Both the position numbers and the translations under genes were made by a program. Shown here in pieces: positions 1 to 13,476 of a stretch of DNA of 64,000 nucleotides (position 1 is its first letter; each line of letters begins with the position of its first letter). The stretch is from positions 12,848,879-12,912,878 of the forward strand of contig MU053881.1 in the NCBI GenBank assembly GCA_013239625.1. The letters run 5' to 3'. The notes beneath the pieces are model-generated. The model made no database searches. It was not told the DNA's origin and worked only from the letters and a program-made list of their open reading frames with translations. The stretch comes from Lama guanicoe (taxonomy: Eukaryota).

Positions 1-488
1 ACTGCCTACTTCCCTACAGTCTACCTGGACTGTAGCCTCATCCTATGTTTTGTTCCTTCAATCATCATTTCTGGTGAACTACCTTACTTTATATGGGCAG
101 TTCCGAGTGTGTGGATGTCTCCTCTGCCTGTTAAAATTCGATGCATCCTTCATGTCTCCACTCTTACACCATATCTTTCATGAAGACTTCCCCAATCCAG
201 CAATTTACCATTCATCTTAGCCTCCTTTGAGCTTTCCTAGAATGATTAATTTACTTTGCTTTATTTTATTATGTGTGCATGTAATCACTACTGAGATTAT
301 ATACTTCCTAAGAGAAGTAATCATATATAAATCACATAATGTTGCCTTAAATCCTTTTTGGAATAAGGTGAAGCACAAGTACCTATATTAAGTAATAATC
401 TTCACTTTCTTGTTAGATCTGGAACAATGCCCCTCACACATAATACATACAATAGATGTTTCTTCTATGAATAAATGGATGAATGAAT
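1..488 (+). mobile_element. Degenerate L2 LINE 3' fragment(s)
   Basis: L2-like pyrimidine-rich body ending in the typical L2 tail ataaatggatgaatgaat (~471-488). Boundaries approximate. Confidence 0.55.
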
Positions 489-844
489 AGCAGCCAGATG
501 AAGCAGGCTAGGGAGTGTTGGAAATATTAGCCCATACATTACAATTACAGAAATATTATCATTAGCAATAATATGTTATTACAAATACCATTCTGTATGA
601 TCAGGTAATGGCAACATTTATGTATTGTGCACCTGCACATAGCACCCAAGGCCAAATTATATTTTCATCCTATCATTCACCTGCTCAGAATTCAGTGTCT
701 GCCTGCTTGTGTTAATGATTGAATTTGTAGTTTTATTTTTTGCATTTATGGCATCTGTATTAGCTGTGCTCTTTATCCAATAAAGCAACACACACATATG
801 TGAACATAAGAATCCTATACTTAGTATTCCAGGATTCCCTATGA

Positions 845-1010
845 TTCTCCCTCCTCCTTCCATCCTTCCTCCCTCCCTTCCTCCTTTCTTCTTTGTTCCT
901 TACTTTTTCTCTCTTCTCTGCTTTCCCCATCCTTCTCTCTCCCTCATCCCTCCTGTAGTACTTTCATCCCTCCCTCCCCCTCTCCTTTCCTATATTATTC
1001 CTCTGTCTCT
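845..1010. repeat. CT-rich low-complexity tract
   Basis: Near-pure pyrimidine run (ctccctcctccttccatccttcctccctcccttcc...). Confidence 0.85.
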
Positions 1011-2564
1011 TTAAAATTTGTTATTGTTTACTGTCTACTGCCATCTTGATCTGAGCATGCTGCAAACTCTATGGAATAGTTACTGCACTTAAGGAGCTCA
1101 CAGTCTGGAGTGAGCCAGGTCAGCTTTTGTTGTTGTTTTATTGCTTGTTTGCTTCACCATCCTCTGTAAGACTCGTGCTTTTTCTCATTGTGGTACAACC
1201 CACCATGACCTTTACTCAGCCTTCCTTTGACGTCTGCATTAATGTCATTCTGTCCCCTCTACATTTTACGCTTTCTCCAGAATGGAGAAACCTCCCATAA
1301 CCGTTCTCATACAGACATGAGCGCCTCTGCGTTGGCCGCTCTGCATTTCGTTTCTTTAGCTGTAACTTATTCTTACAACATTATGCTGCATTCATGTTCT
1401 GTAGCTGGTGGCTTCATGTGTGCTTGTCACATGTTCCTCAAGGTTACTGGGTACCATCTTTATACCAGTCCTCATTGAATCTTCATGGGTGACGTGCTCA
1501 AGCAATTGAAGTCTCAAGATGTTAAAAAGAACCAATCAAGAAGAAGATAAAATGCCTTTTACATTGAGTCAAAGCAAAAGGTTATTTAGGATACTTGTGA
1601 TTTTTTTTTTGTAAGTAGAATTGTGTACAGCAAACTCTAGAAGCAGTGTATCAGCTGTCACTAGTATTTATCTGTAGTATTTATAGAACTGGGGAGACTT
1701 ATTCTCCTCTTTGAACATTCCTACATCGCACAGTTATATTTAAATGTGTGTATTATTTTTATTGAAATAAATAAGTTAATTTTAATAAAACTTAATAATA
1801 TATTCTATTATGTACTGAATTATACAAGCCGAAATAAAAACTTTTCCTAATCGATTTTGGATTTCCAGAGACAAAGTACAAAAGTTTTGCCTTCTATAGA
1901 ATACTCTAGGTTATCAATAAATAGAAGACAGATTATATATGACTGCTTTGTAAAAGCTGTTTCACTCTATATTTCACCCTGTTCAAGGACACTATTACTC
2001 ACTTTTTAACAATAGAGGGCAGTAGAATAATGGTTCATAAATTTATTTTAGCCCAAAGTAACCAAATCCTTCATTCTAACCTCTAGAAAAATGATCAAAA
2101 TAGTTCTAACATGTTTATAAAAGAAGGCAAGTTAGTCATGATTTTTGCTTTCTGTTTGCCAAAAATAATGTGTTGGTTTTTTTTTTTCCTGAGAGAGGAA
2201 AAGGCAGCTTGGAGGTGATCAGAATCCAGCATTTCTGTCTTTGACCTTGTGTTAACTTCCCTGGGCTTTGAAGTCTCCATCAGAACTCTAATAAGCAATA
2301 TTTATGTTTTTCCATTGATCTTGTCACAGAGGGTATGTTTGTTCACAAATAAGTTTAGAGAAAAAGAAAAACAGTCAGTTTAATCTAGCTACTACGTACT
2401 GAATGATTTTTGACAAAAATATCTTAAGTGATGGAATTAATCCATTTGTGTTTAAATGTGCTTATTCATATGGGTTATGTAAAAATCAACTATTGCAAAC
2501 TCTGTCCTCATGTGCAAGAGTGACAAAGTGCAAACCGAGGGGAATTCTGATTAAAGAGGCATCT

Positions 2565-2799
2565 ACCGGTGCCATGCAGAGTCATATGGGGCCCAGGGTT
2601 ACAGAAAAATTCAGTATTATGATTCTGTCTTTATTTAGAATTTTGATGTTTTGTTCATCCTGGATTTTTGACATTAATTTTGGTTTAAAGTATTCACTAA
2701 AATATTATTTATCTTGATTACTGCTTTGTTTTTTGCCATCTACTTGAGTTCTGTCCCTAAGGCTAGTACCTCACTCTCCTCACTCTGATCCCAATCCTG
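2565..2799. mobile_element. Ancient non-autonomous hAT (Tip100-class-like) DNA transposon fragment
   Basis: taaaatattatttatcttgattactg...ggctagtacctcactctcctcactctgatcccaatcctg resembles a decayed hAT-Tip100 terminus ending in CCTG. Exact family not assigned. Confidence 0.5.
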
Positions 2800-3340
2800 A
2801 TAGTTACTCAAACCAAAATCCTGTTGAGTCACCGCAACAGAAGAAAAAGAGGGATAAGGTAGAAAGACAGGGACATAGAAGATAGAGTCAATACTCAGAG
2901 AGACTATCACCAGTAGAGACTCCAGCTGTGCAGAATGCTTAGTCTGATATATAATGAAATATAGCGCAATAAGTTATGCTTCCAGCCTGTTTGGAATGCT
3001 GCTCTCTCTCCTTCAAGAAGTACACACTACTACCTTGATCATGTATTTCTTTATATGTGTTGTATAAAGTGCACTGGATTAATTTCTTATTTCAGAGAGA
3101 ATAACAAACTAAAGGGGGTCATGTTGGATCTAAACATAATCCACAATTCGTATCTTCCTTTAGTCCTCTTCTCTCCTCTTCAGAACACCGATCATCATCT
3201 CAGACCATGCCTGTCCTAAGAAAAATGACATTAATGCCCAAAATACTGGATCTTCTGGAAAAACTCTAACTGTCCTAACTTCAAGCAACCTGGTTCTATG
3301 CCATCTGCCTTTCCCATGTGTTTTATAAACAGAGCAATAT

Positions 3341-3465
3341 AAGAAGGAGGGAAGGGAAGGGAAGAGGAAGGGGAAAGGAAAGAAAGAGAACGGAAGGGAA
3401 GGGAAAGTTAGTTATTGGCTTAAGATAGACTTGGCCAGGAATATAGGAAGGAAGGAAGGCAGGCA
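3341..3465. repeat. GA-rich low-complexity tract with an embedded unique segment
   Basis: (ggaag/gggaa)-type purine runs at 3341-3406 and 3446-3465. Confidence 0.8.
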
Positions 3466-3477
3466 GTTAGTTAGTTA

Positions 3478-3997
3478 TATAATAGGGAAGAACAAATCTG
3501 ACTCCATATTAGATCCATTCCTTTAGCTCTGACCCTATGCTGTTTCCTGTGCTTAATCATGCTGCTTCTGCACCTTTTATAAAAGAATGTTGCCTATAGC
3601 CTGAAATATACAGGAGAGCCCATTCTCAAGGCTCTGATCTTTTAAGGGTATAACACTTTTCCATTCACATAGAGATAAAAAAGATGCAGAACAGAGAATA
3701 GCATTTGTTTTGTTGGAGGCTTACAGGAACATCATGACCTGACCCCCGTGGACAGCTGCGAGAACAAAGGATTCTGACACCAAGAAGTTTGCAACAACCA
3801 ACCACACCCCCTCCTCTTTTTAGTATAGGAGGAGCCTGAATTCTAACTTGGGTAAGATGATTCTCCAGGACATTATTCTACCATCTTCTCAGTAGGCTGG
3901 CTTTCTGAATAAAGTAGTTATTCCTTGCCACACCACCTCATCTTCTGAGTTATTGGCCTATTGTGTAGTGAGCAGAATGACTTTGGACTCCTTATCA
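3478..3997 (+). mobile_element. Solo ERV1-type LTR
   Basis: Starts tataatagggaagaacaaatctgactccatattagatc (decayed TG) and ends ...ggactccttatCA. AATAAA at 3908-3913, TATA-like tagtatagg near 3821, and 4-bp flanking repeat GTTA (3474-3477 / 3998-4001). Confidence 0.85.
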
Positions 3998-4149
3998 GTT
4001 AGTTAGTTAGTTACTGGCTTAAAATAGACTTGTCCAGGCATGGTAATAGAGTGAATTCTAGCCAGTCTTAGACTTAACATAAGTCCCTTGGAATTCAAAT
4101 TGCATACCTTGGAAAGATTATTTTTCAATGAACTGAGAGAAAAATAATT

Positions 4150-4360
4150 CTATGCTCTAATAAGTTAGGCAATGGCTGTGTCCTCTTGGGGAATCACATT
4201 AAAGGCTCAGAAAAGTCCTGCAGATTTTTCCCTGAAGGACTAACCTAGTGTTTTAGAAATATGTTTGATGCTGGAAGAAACTTTTCTTTTTAAATACCAC
4301 ACTGACACAAATGTTTCACAGAATTAGTATTCTGAGAAATACAATTTTGGAAAATGTTGA
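4150..4360. mobile_element. MER103-like hAT-Charlie DNA transposon remnant
   Basis: attaaaggctcagaaaagtcctgcag and the terminal ttttggaaaatgttg match my recollection of the MER103 consensus. Confidence 0.6.
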
Positions 4361-4769
4361 CCTATATTCAGAATATAGAGGTCTCATTTATAACTTGGTA
4401 CAGGTTTAAGGAATGGTTCTTAGTAATATTAGAAATAGTAATAATAATAAACATAGTAACTAATATTTGTAGAGTATCCTTTTTTTTTCTCTGGGTTGGG
4501 GCCCTTAAAAAACAGACAACTGGCTTAATCTTCCTTCTCTTCATACTATTCTCTTCCTTGGTCAGAACAGTAACATTTTAAAAATTTTGTGTATCACAAG
4601 GTAAAACATATTTGACGTACATACCAAAATGTGAATGTACAAAATATTTGTGATGGATGCCTGGGGCATATGTGGGCACTTTAAAGTTAGTAGAAATGCC
4701 TTTTACATGACCTAAATTTGTATTGCACTGTGACCACTTTCTGTTAATTTTGAACATTTGTATCTTTAT

Positions 4770-4940
4770 ATCACAGTTGTTTTCATGTATCTCTTTTCTT
4801 CCTCACTAGACTGATAGTTCCATGAAAGCAAGACATGTCTGTTTTAAATGCGCTGGATTATTTCTACTGTGTTCCCTGCAACTCTTCTCAATACCTGATA
4901 GAGTGTAGGGCTGCAGAATGTGCTTAGTAAATAAACAAAT
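4770..4940 (+). mobile_element. L2 3' end fragment
   Basis: cactagactgatagttccatgaaagcaagacatgtctgtttt...tgcttagtaaata is the typical L2 terminal motif. Confidence 0.65.
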
Positions 4941-7017
4941 TTCAAGAACTTTGTTTCCTAGAATTTTAGACATCATGATATATTTTAGATGATGATTAGA
5001 TAATTCATGAGATATCCTAGTTGCATTTATTCAAATAGAAACCTGTGATACAAAAGGATGATTCAATAGATCTAAAAGTCAGTTTTACATTTCATAAAAG
5101 GGATTTGTGCAGGAAGAGGCTGTCTTTTATTGTTTACGATATCCCAGAAAGACATTGGTTTTAATTTTGATAAAGAAAATCTAAATCTACCCATTTTATT
5201 GTCACTTGGGAATCTTAAGAGAATATCTTTTATTATGAGTAGCCAAGGAGATACTCAGGTTCTGCCCTACATGGCAGAACCATCCTTTCGTATGTCTCAG
5301 ACACATTTTTTTTCCTGAATGATCAAAAATATGAAGTCATAATATGATTGACTGAATATTTCTACATGTCTGTCAAATATTCAGTTGTATGATTAAAATA
5401 TGATGGTTGAGTTGATAGTACCTTCTAATTGGTGGAACCTCAAGGTTTTATCTGGAGACACTATCTCTGGACCTACGAGAGGGTCCAGGCCACTGCAGTG
5501 AAATAATGGTTTTGAGACTCATCTACAACTTTGGTGGCTGTTGAGGATTTCCTTTTTCAACTCATTATTGTTAACGCCAAGTGCCTGTCACCTCTGATGA
5601 TGTTTACTCTTGATGTGGGAAAACATAAGCCTGGGACGTTCTGTAGGACATTTCTTTTTCTGACTTCATCTAACTTAGGTTAGCTTGGTGGTATGAATAC
5701 ATACATAAACACGGGACATATCCATATACACATGTACACACATGTTAAATATATATGAGATAAACCAGCTCACAGTGCCACACATGGGTGTTAACGTACT
5801 TTGAATATTCATTTTTTTGAAAAGAATTCTTTGTCCTATTTTTAAGAGGCGATTCAGTTATGTTTTAATTTATAGTTCATTAAATTTTGCTAGAAAGGAA
5901 CGAGAGAGTCAGTATAAATATAAAACTGGCTCATAACTGTATTGACCCAACTTCTAACAACACTGACCTACTTGCGGTGTAAATTTAATTAAAACAGCAT
6001 TGACAGAATAAAATTAACTTCAGACAATAAACAAAGCAAATGGCTATAATAAATTACCTATTACTACTGTTTTACATCATTGAAAGACTTTCAGCAATAT
6101 CTTCTGGAAGCTAATTGCCTATAAAATTCAGGTGTAAGATATTTCTCTGTGAACATTCAATGTTTCCTCATCTTCAGAATAAGAGAAGTTGTTTGTTTTA
6201 TTTGTATTTAAAGACTGAACTTCTTAGACATCATTTGCAAAAGAAATAACTTTAATGATTAAAGAAATCTGTACAGCACATGAAGAAAAATAGGCTACTT
6301 GAGAAGACCTGAATTAAAGTCCTTAAGTCAGAAAAAGGCAGAAAAAGTTACTTTCAAACTTTCTAACGAGAATAAAAAATAAGTATAGTTAGCATAGAAA
6401 ATATGTGTGGGTATAATTGTTGGGTATGAAACAAATATATTTAACAACTCATCTCATTTGTGCCCCCTAAGGGCAACACTAGAGCAATTTGACATAGCTA
6501 TAACATTACATGTATATATTCATATGTATTCATTACAGCATATGAATACATACAACATATATATTCATTACAGCATATGAATATAACCAGAAGTTAAGAG
6601 AAAAAGGCTATAATAAAAGCTTTTGATGTTTATAAGTTTTGGTTTGTTTGTCTTGCTGATAGAACATAGCCTTCCAGGGCTATTTAAATGCCATAGTTCT
6701 TTTAGTTTGTAAGCGTATAAGTTTCTGGAAAAATTCCAATGTAAGTAAGTTAAACCATCTATAATGTCACTTCATATTGGTTTGGGCACTGCAGGCTGGT
6801 GCTTTTGCTATTCCATAGGGTTTTGTTTGTTTATTTTAGTTGAATATGGATAATTACATATCAGAATGCAGAAAGGTAGGCAATTTGGCCACTTAGTGGT
6901 AACTTCTGTAAATTACAAAGGTGAACTAAATTTCACCTTCCAGGACAGAATGCAGGACTTCTAGAGGAAAAGTAGCCCATTAAATGTCTTAAAATGGCTC
7001 TTTTCACAGTTTTGTTT

Positions 7018-7876
7018 TTTTTTTTGAAGTATGGTCAGTTACAATGTGTCAAGCTCTGGAGTACAGCATAATGTCCCAGTCATGCATATACATACATAGA
7101 CTCATTTTCATATTCTTTTTCATTAAAGGTTATTCCAAGATATTGAATATAGTTCCCTGTGCTATAGAGGGGGAATTTGTCATTTTACCTATTTTTATAT
7201 AGTTAATATTTGTAAATCTTGAACTCCCAAATGTATTATCCCTTCCCACCCCCTTTCCCTGCCAGTAACCATACGATTATTTACTATGTCTGAGTCAGTT
7301 TCTATTTTGTAGATGAGTTCATTAGTGTCCTCTTTTTTACTTTTTTTAGATTTCACATACGAGTTATATTTTTCTTTCTCTTTCTGGCTTACTTCACTTA
7401 GAATGGTAATCTACATGTCCACCCATGTTGCTGCAAATGATACTATTTTATTCGTTTCTATGGCTTAGCAGTATTCCATTGTACAAATACACCACAACTT
7501 CTTTATCCAGTCATCTGTCAATGGACATTTAGTTTGTTTCCAGGTCTTGGCTATTGTATATAGTGCTGCTGTTAACATTGGGGTACACGTATCTTTCTGA
7601 ATTGAAGTTCCCTCTGGGTATATACCCAGGAGTGGGATTGCTGGATCATGTGGTAAGTCTATTTTTATTTTTTTGAGGAATCTCCATACTGTTTTCCACA
7701 ATGGCTGCACCAAACTACATTCCCACCAGCAGTGTAGGAGGATTCCCTTTTCTTCACATCCTCTCCAGCATTTATCATTTGTGGCCTTTTGAATGATGGC
7801 TATTCTGTCTGTTGTGAGGTGATAACTCATTGTAGTTTTGATTTGCGTTTCTCTGATAATTAGTGATATTGAGCAT
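7018..7876 (-). mobile_element. 5'-truncated L1 (ORF2 C-terminus + 3' UTR + poly-A)
   Basis: ORF 7465..7971(-) contains the L1 ORF2 C-terminal motif (SLIIRETQIKTTMSYHLT...[53 protein letters not shown]). T-run at 7015-7025. Candidate TSD ttttgttt (7010-7017 / 7877-7884) is followed by AA, as expected for an L1 endonuclease site. Confidence 0.95.
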
Positions 7877-8649
7877 TTTTGTTTAAAATATCTTGTTAAA
7901 TTTAAAATCTGGCATGTAATTGTTTCACTGTGTACACGATCCAGGAGCTTATTATTGAAAATATTGTACATAACATGTAATGCTCAATGATTATATTCCT
8001 TATGTTCATTTTGTAATTATTATATAGGGTATGTTTGTATATAAATTAACTTTTTCATATTCAAATGTAAAAATAGAAATTAATGTGAAATATAATGTGC
8101 ATGTCACTAAGAATGGGATGTTCTTGGCTATTAATAGAAAGTTAAACCATGTGGAAAACAAACTTTCTTACCTAGATATATATGCTATGTTACTCTTAGT
8201 GAGATGAGTATTTTTCTTCCGTGATTTCCCAGATCTTGTTAGCTATTTGAACTCATTGGCTGGTTTTGAGGTTTACTGAATTGAGAACAAGAGAAGGCAC
8301 AACATTTGCTTTTTAATAAATTCGTAGCAGTTGTATCAGTTTGAGTAGTGAATTTGTACTTCAGCAGCAACAGTAAGCAGCAACAGTGGACACACGTGGT
8401 ATTCAGCTCTTCCCTCATAGTTTAACAAACTCAAACCCTGACAATATTTGTTTTTGTTTTAGTTTTTTACTCTGGTGTGGATTTCTTATGACCATTGGAA
8501 AAGTGTAGCGTATATAAAGTGGTATGAAGTATTATTTTAGATTTTTTTTTAATGAACCAATACAAACATCTAAAAATAACTTCTAAATTGAGTTTACATT
8601 TTTTTTTCTTTACAAGGGCTTTACCAAACCTCCCTGTTGGCCCTACATC

Positions 8650-9068
8650 TATATCGGTTTCCTAGGCCTGCCATAACAAATTGCCGCAAACCGAGTGGCC
8701 TAAAACAACAGAAATTTATTCTTTCACAGTTCAGGAGCATAGAAGTCTGAAATCAAGATGCCAGCAGGGTTAGTTCTTTCTGGAGCCTTTGAAAATCTGC
8801 CATATTCCTCCCTCCTAGCTTCTGGTGGTTGCCAGTAATCCTTGGCATTGCTTGGTTTATAGCTGCATTAATCTGATCCTTGCCACTCTAATGCCTTCTT
8901 TGCTGTGCATTTCTCTGTGTCCTCAGTTCTCTTTATGAGGACACCAGTCATTGAAATGAGGACTTATTCTAACCCAATACGACCTCATCTGAACTAATTA
9001 CAAATAAGGCCATATTATGGGGTTTCCGGTGTACATGAATTTGTAGGGACATCGTTCAAACTACTACA
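8650..9068 (-). mobile_element. MLT1 (ERVL-MaLR) solo LTR, MLT1B/C-like
   Basis: gtttcctaggcctgccataacaaattgcc...taaaacaacagaaatttattctttcacagttcaggag...gaagtctgaaatcaagatg...ctactaCA. Confidence 0.9.
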
Positions 9069-9269
9069 TTGTGTATTGGATTCTTCTTCAGAGTTCAACA
9101 AAACTCAGCCTCTTGTCATTTCTCGGAAGTGGATTTCTTCTTACCACTGAAAAAGTCCAGAGCATATGAAGTATACTGTGCTTTTTTGTGTGAGGGGACG
9201 GAGCCCTGTCTCTATAGCATCTTTGCACCGATCTATCTCAAGTGCCACTACAAAAAAAAAAAATTATTT

Positions 9270-9470
9270 CATTCTTTTTTTTCTCCTCTAGAATGCAAGC
9301 TTTTTGAGGAGAGGGAGTATGACTTGGCAGTACTGAAATCTCAGATCTTAGCATCTGGCCAGCACATAAAAGGCAAAATGTTGATATTATTCATTTATTC
9401 ATTCATTTAGTCATCAAATACTTAATCTTGAGTATCTTCTGTGTGGTGGCACAGCCAATGTAGCAGATGG
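9270..9470. mobile_element. Two converging L2 3' ends (+ then -)
   Basis: ctagaatgcaagctttttgaggagaggga (plus-strand L2 end), then ttcatttattcattcatttagtcatcaaatactta (minus-strand L2 tail). Confidence 0.55.
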
Positions 9471-9691
9471 AAGAAGATAGTAATCTGTTTTGATTAACAT
9501 ACCTATTTGAATATTAACTCAACAATTTCCTGTAACGTATACCTATGCATATGCAAGTTAGCGTACAATTCCACAGAGTTCATAGACCTAGAGATTCATG
9601 CATTCTTGGTTAAAATTCCTTGGCATTGGGGTATTATTGCCTCCATTTTCTCATTCCTAAAGCGGATACACGGCTACTCATAGTAACGCTT

Positions 9692-10220
9692 GTTTTATCA
9701 GTTAGAATGTATTTGGCAGTAGATAATAGAAATCTCAACTAATACTGGATCACCTGAATATGGTTTTGTCCTTCTCACTTAAATCTAATTGTAGATGTTG
9801 GAAATCACTGGCATTTCTTCAGTTCCCCGATGACTTTACCCAAGACCCAACCCCTATCAACTAACTTCTCTCCCTTTTTTGACTTTGGGCTGTATGGCTT
9901 CATTCAAAGATAGGAAACAGTGTTTGGCTATGAAAGTAAGGACCTTATCTTCTTTCACTTCATGTTAGAGAGCCAAGTTCCTTCCCATTAACACCCCAGC
10001 AGACTTCCTGTTCTGTTTGTTTAGTCAGAAGAGAGTAACATGAAAATCCTTGGGGGCAAGCAATGCTAGGAAATTAGTTTCTATCCATGGCCAGATTAGA
10101 TCAATAGTAATTTGTTTCCTAGAACTGGGCATGTTGCCTTGCAGAACATAACTAAGATTCTCTCAGCAAAGAAGATAGGTGGGATGTCTGTTCAGTAGAT
10201 GAATGAGAGCGTCTGCCACA
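9692..10220 (-). mobile_element. Old MLT1 (J/K/L-like) MaLR LTR
   Basis: tatcagttagaatgtatttggcagtagataatagaaatctcaact...ccccagcagacttcc...gattctctcagcaaagaagataggtggg...gtctgccaCA. Confidence 0.75.
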
Positions 10221-10229
10221 CGTGCATAC

Positions 10230-10420
10230 ACCTTCAGAGCTTAGAGAGTACCTTCCAAAATAGTCTTGTCTAACCATCATACTTGTGACTCCAGAATCAT
10301 TTTCCATCTGCTGCTGGAGAAGACAAGCCTGAGAAAAGTAAAGTGACCTGCCTAAAGTTGCACAAGCAAGTAGCTGAGCTGAGATAGAATCTGATCTTCC
10401 AGCCTATTTGATTCTGAGTA
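10230..10420 (-). mobile_element. MIR SINE
   Basis: Core aagcctgagaaaagtaaagtgacctgcctaaagttgcacaagcaagt. Confidence 0.7.
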
Positions 10421-10576
10421 CTTTTAAGGATGTTCTTTCAAATGTCAATAAGCATTCAAAACTGGTAATGATCCTTTTAAAATAACAGTATTAGAGAAGG
10501 CTTAAGAATGAATTCAACTGAATTCATTTTAATTTCCACTCCACGTTGCCTGTAGAAGTTTGATTCCCCCAATATA

Positions 10577-10608
10577 ACAACAACAACAACAACAACAACA
10601 ATAATAAT
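10577..10608. repeat. (CAA)n(TAA)n microsatellite
   Basis: acaacaacaacaacaacaacaacaataataat. Confidence 0.95.
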
Positions 10609-10983
10609 AGTCAAATGAAAGTTATACTAGGTGAGCTTAGAGCTGGGTAAACTAAAGCATGAGAATCCCATGTCATTCTCTATTTTAAAGGGAAGATGCC
10701 TGAAAGGAATCTGTTTAAACTCAAAGTTTGCTGTTTTCTCATCCTGAGAGTGCAGTGAACAAAATCTTCTATGGCCTGGACTTCGCGAGCCTATAGGAAC
10801 AATGGTAGGAGTAGAAATACACTAGTAACTTTGTGTCTACAACCAATCCTACTATATGATAGTGACTCCTTTGAGAAGTTCAGTGGTGAGAGGGGCTTGA
10901 AAGAGTTAACATTTTAAAAATAGAATAGGGGCAATGATTATTAATAGTTCTAAGTATTTTTCAAGAAATGAATGTATATACAT

Positions 10984-11340
10984 TGTAGTGGATGATCTTC
11001 TGATAAGCATTCATTACTCTCTGGTAACCTCATTTTGATTTTCCATTGCGGGACCACCATTCTCTCATGTTCACTAGACAGGGCTTGGGGAATTCTGAGC
11101 CCACCTGCTTGTTCCAAGAAGGGTCAGGTGAGACATATCTGGCCAGTTAACATATTGTACCTCTCAGCCATCAGAACTTAGGACTGGTAGGCACACATGA
11201 AGATAGATAAATCTGGAACTTTTGCTGGAACTACCAGGAGAGAGACACTACTTTTATGCTAAGGTTGCTAAATTGATGGGATATATGAGGTTAAGTGACA
11301 GCCTGGCAAGTATTGGAAGTGGAAGAGTAAGAAGAAATGA
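10984..11340 (+). mobile_element. Old ERVL LTR (LTR16/LTR33-like), partial
   Basis: Starts tgtagtggatg. Internal ctggaacttttgctggaactaccaggagagaga...ggttgctaaattgatgggatat is typical of this group. Confidence 0.6.
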
Positions 11341-11354
11341 AAGAGGGGCTCTCT

Positions 11355-11535
11355 TCTTTATTAACATCTGTTATATCCCCAGGCACTATATGAAGAATTT
11401 TACATACAGTATCTCATGTAATCTTCACACAAATCCTTTTTCCTCCATTTTCAGGTGAGACTCAAAGCAATTAAGTGACTTGTTTCAGATTACAGAGTGC
11501 CAAAGCAAGAATTTGAACTGAGGTCTGTGGGATAT
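11355..11535 (-). mobile_element. MIR SINE
   Basis: ccaggcactata...atctcatgtaatcttcaca...ccattttcaggtgagactcaaagcaattaagtgacttg...atttgaactgaggtctg. Confidence 0.85.
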
Positions 11536-11854
11536 AGAGGTGGCCTATATTTACCATTTCTTTCCATTCTGAGTATTGAGATCTTAAGAGTATACATATT
11601 AGTTTATGCACATGTTAATATTATCATGATAGACTGAATGAGATTGTGTATCATGTGGTGGTTTTATGTCATATATTAGCAACTGCATCAATCCTGACAA
11701 GGAGTTTCATCTCTGGTCAGAAGGTGCAAAAGCCATGGCCATATTGGTGACTCAGAAATGCCTACCTCCTTGGCTTGCTGAGCCGAGTGGATATTGCTAG
11801 TCATCTCCCATGTAGGATTAATTGGGTAGCACAGTTTATGGCAACTGCATTTGT

Positions 11855-12683
11855 ATTAAATGGAACCATCATCCACCCACTTGCTCAGGGCAAAAACTGA
11901 GTTCATCAGTAAGCACCTTTTCCCCTCTTATTTCCCATAGCTATTAACAAGTTATGTCTACACTACACCCAAAATACACCCTGGATCTATATTTCCTTAT
12001 CTCCCCTGTTACCATTTTAGTCATGTTACCATTTTCTGATAGTACCACAAAGTTGTTTTCATGATCTTTTAAAAATAGAAATCAGAAGATATCACTTCCC
12101 TGATTAAAATGATTCAAATGGCTCCACATTGCAATAAGAATAAATTCCTAGCTTATTACCATGCCTGCAAGATTCCAGTGTCTTCCTTCTACCTGTGCAT
12201 AAACTCACCTTCTACTCTTCTCCCCCTGTCCCCTGTACTCTAGCAATCCTGGACTTGAAAAAAAGATTTATTATTTCTTAAGCACACCGAGGCTTTTTCT
12301 GCTTCAAGGGTTTTACATGCTGTTTTGTCTTCTTGGAATTCTCTTCTGGGTCTTTGCACAACTCATATCTATTCATCATTTAGTTGTCACCTCAATCATC
12401 ACCCCCCATGAAGGACTTTTTTGAGCACCCTACCTAAAGCAGCCCTCTGTAGTAATTACTTTTCTCGCATTAACTGGTTCTAATTTCTTAATAGAATCTG
12501 TGACTATTTGAAATTATCTTAGTTATGCATTTATTTAAAAATTTTTCCCATCTTTCTTACCTTTCACTTACTCAAGCTCCATAGACTCAAAATGCCATGA
12601 GGGGCAGGGGCTGTTTCCACCTTCTGCATACAACAGTGTCTGGCATACAGTATGTGCCCAGACATAATTGTTGAATGAATGAA
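11855..12683 (+). mobile_element. L2 (L2a-like) 3' fragment
   Basis: ccatcatccacccacttgctcaggg...aaatcagaagatatcacttccctgattaaaa...ccatgaggggcaggggc...gtgtctggcatacagta...tgttgaatgaatgaa. Confidence 0.85.
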
Positions 12684-13476
12684 CACAATTTGGAATAAAA
12701 ATTAAGGAAACCAGCATGAAAAGTTGACTTAAGTCCATTTCTTAGTATTTATTTTTCTGCTTTTATAAATTTATGTTTCTGCTTTGGTTATAAGTGGGGA
12801 ACCAGCCAACTAAGGGAGCCACAGAACACTGTGGAAATGTTATTGGCTGGGAAAGAGGCAATCGACTGCCTGCCTTGTGTAGTTCTATCTCCTTGAACCC
12901 AAACATTCAATATGAAAATCAAACAAGAAAGCTTTGTGTTTGAAAATAAATTCTCTACAGTAGAGATTAGCATGTTTTTTGACATTTGTACCCAAATTCA
13001 CTTTCCGAGAAATGAACAACAACCAAGGGTGAAGGATAAAGGGCCGTGTAATTTCCATCAGTAGCAGACACCATACTTAATTTTATTTTTGGCTCAAATA
13101 CTCTGGTCAATTTTAGAGTAATGCATTACATAGAAAATATCTCCTGTTCCCAAAAGAGTATATAAGGAATAGAAATAAATGTTTTATAACATGTAATATG
13201 CTAGATGTATCTTGAAATTTCCATAATGTTAGAGCACAGTATTTCTGTTTCTGGACTACAAGTAAGACATTTCTTTCATCAGCAAAATGGAATTATTCAT
13301 TGTAAATGGGTATCTTGTTCATAAAGACAAGTAGTTCAAAGTAAATGATAGGTAATTAAATCTGTTATAGATAATTAAATTACTAGTCTGTTGGTTATAG
13401 TACAATACTTAGCCCAGTTACTTGTGGAGTTTTCTATAGAATTAATATCATGAGGCAATTAGATACACAGTTATAC

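Noticed and set aside
7465..7971. 168-aa ORF as a host gene
   Set aside because: It is the L1 ORF2 C-terminus read in from flanking sequence of a truncated insertion.
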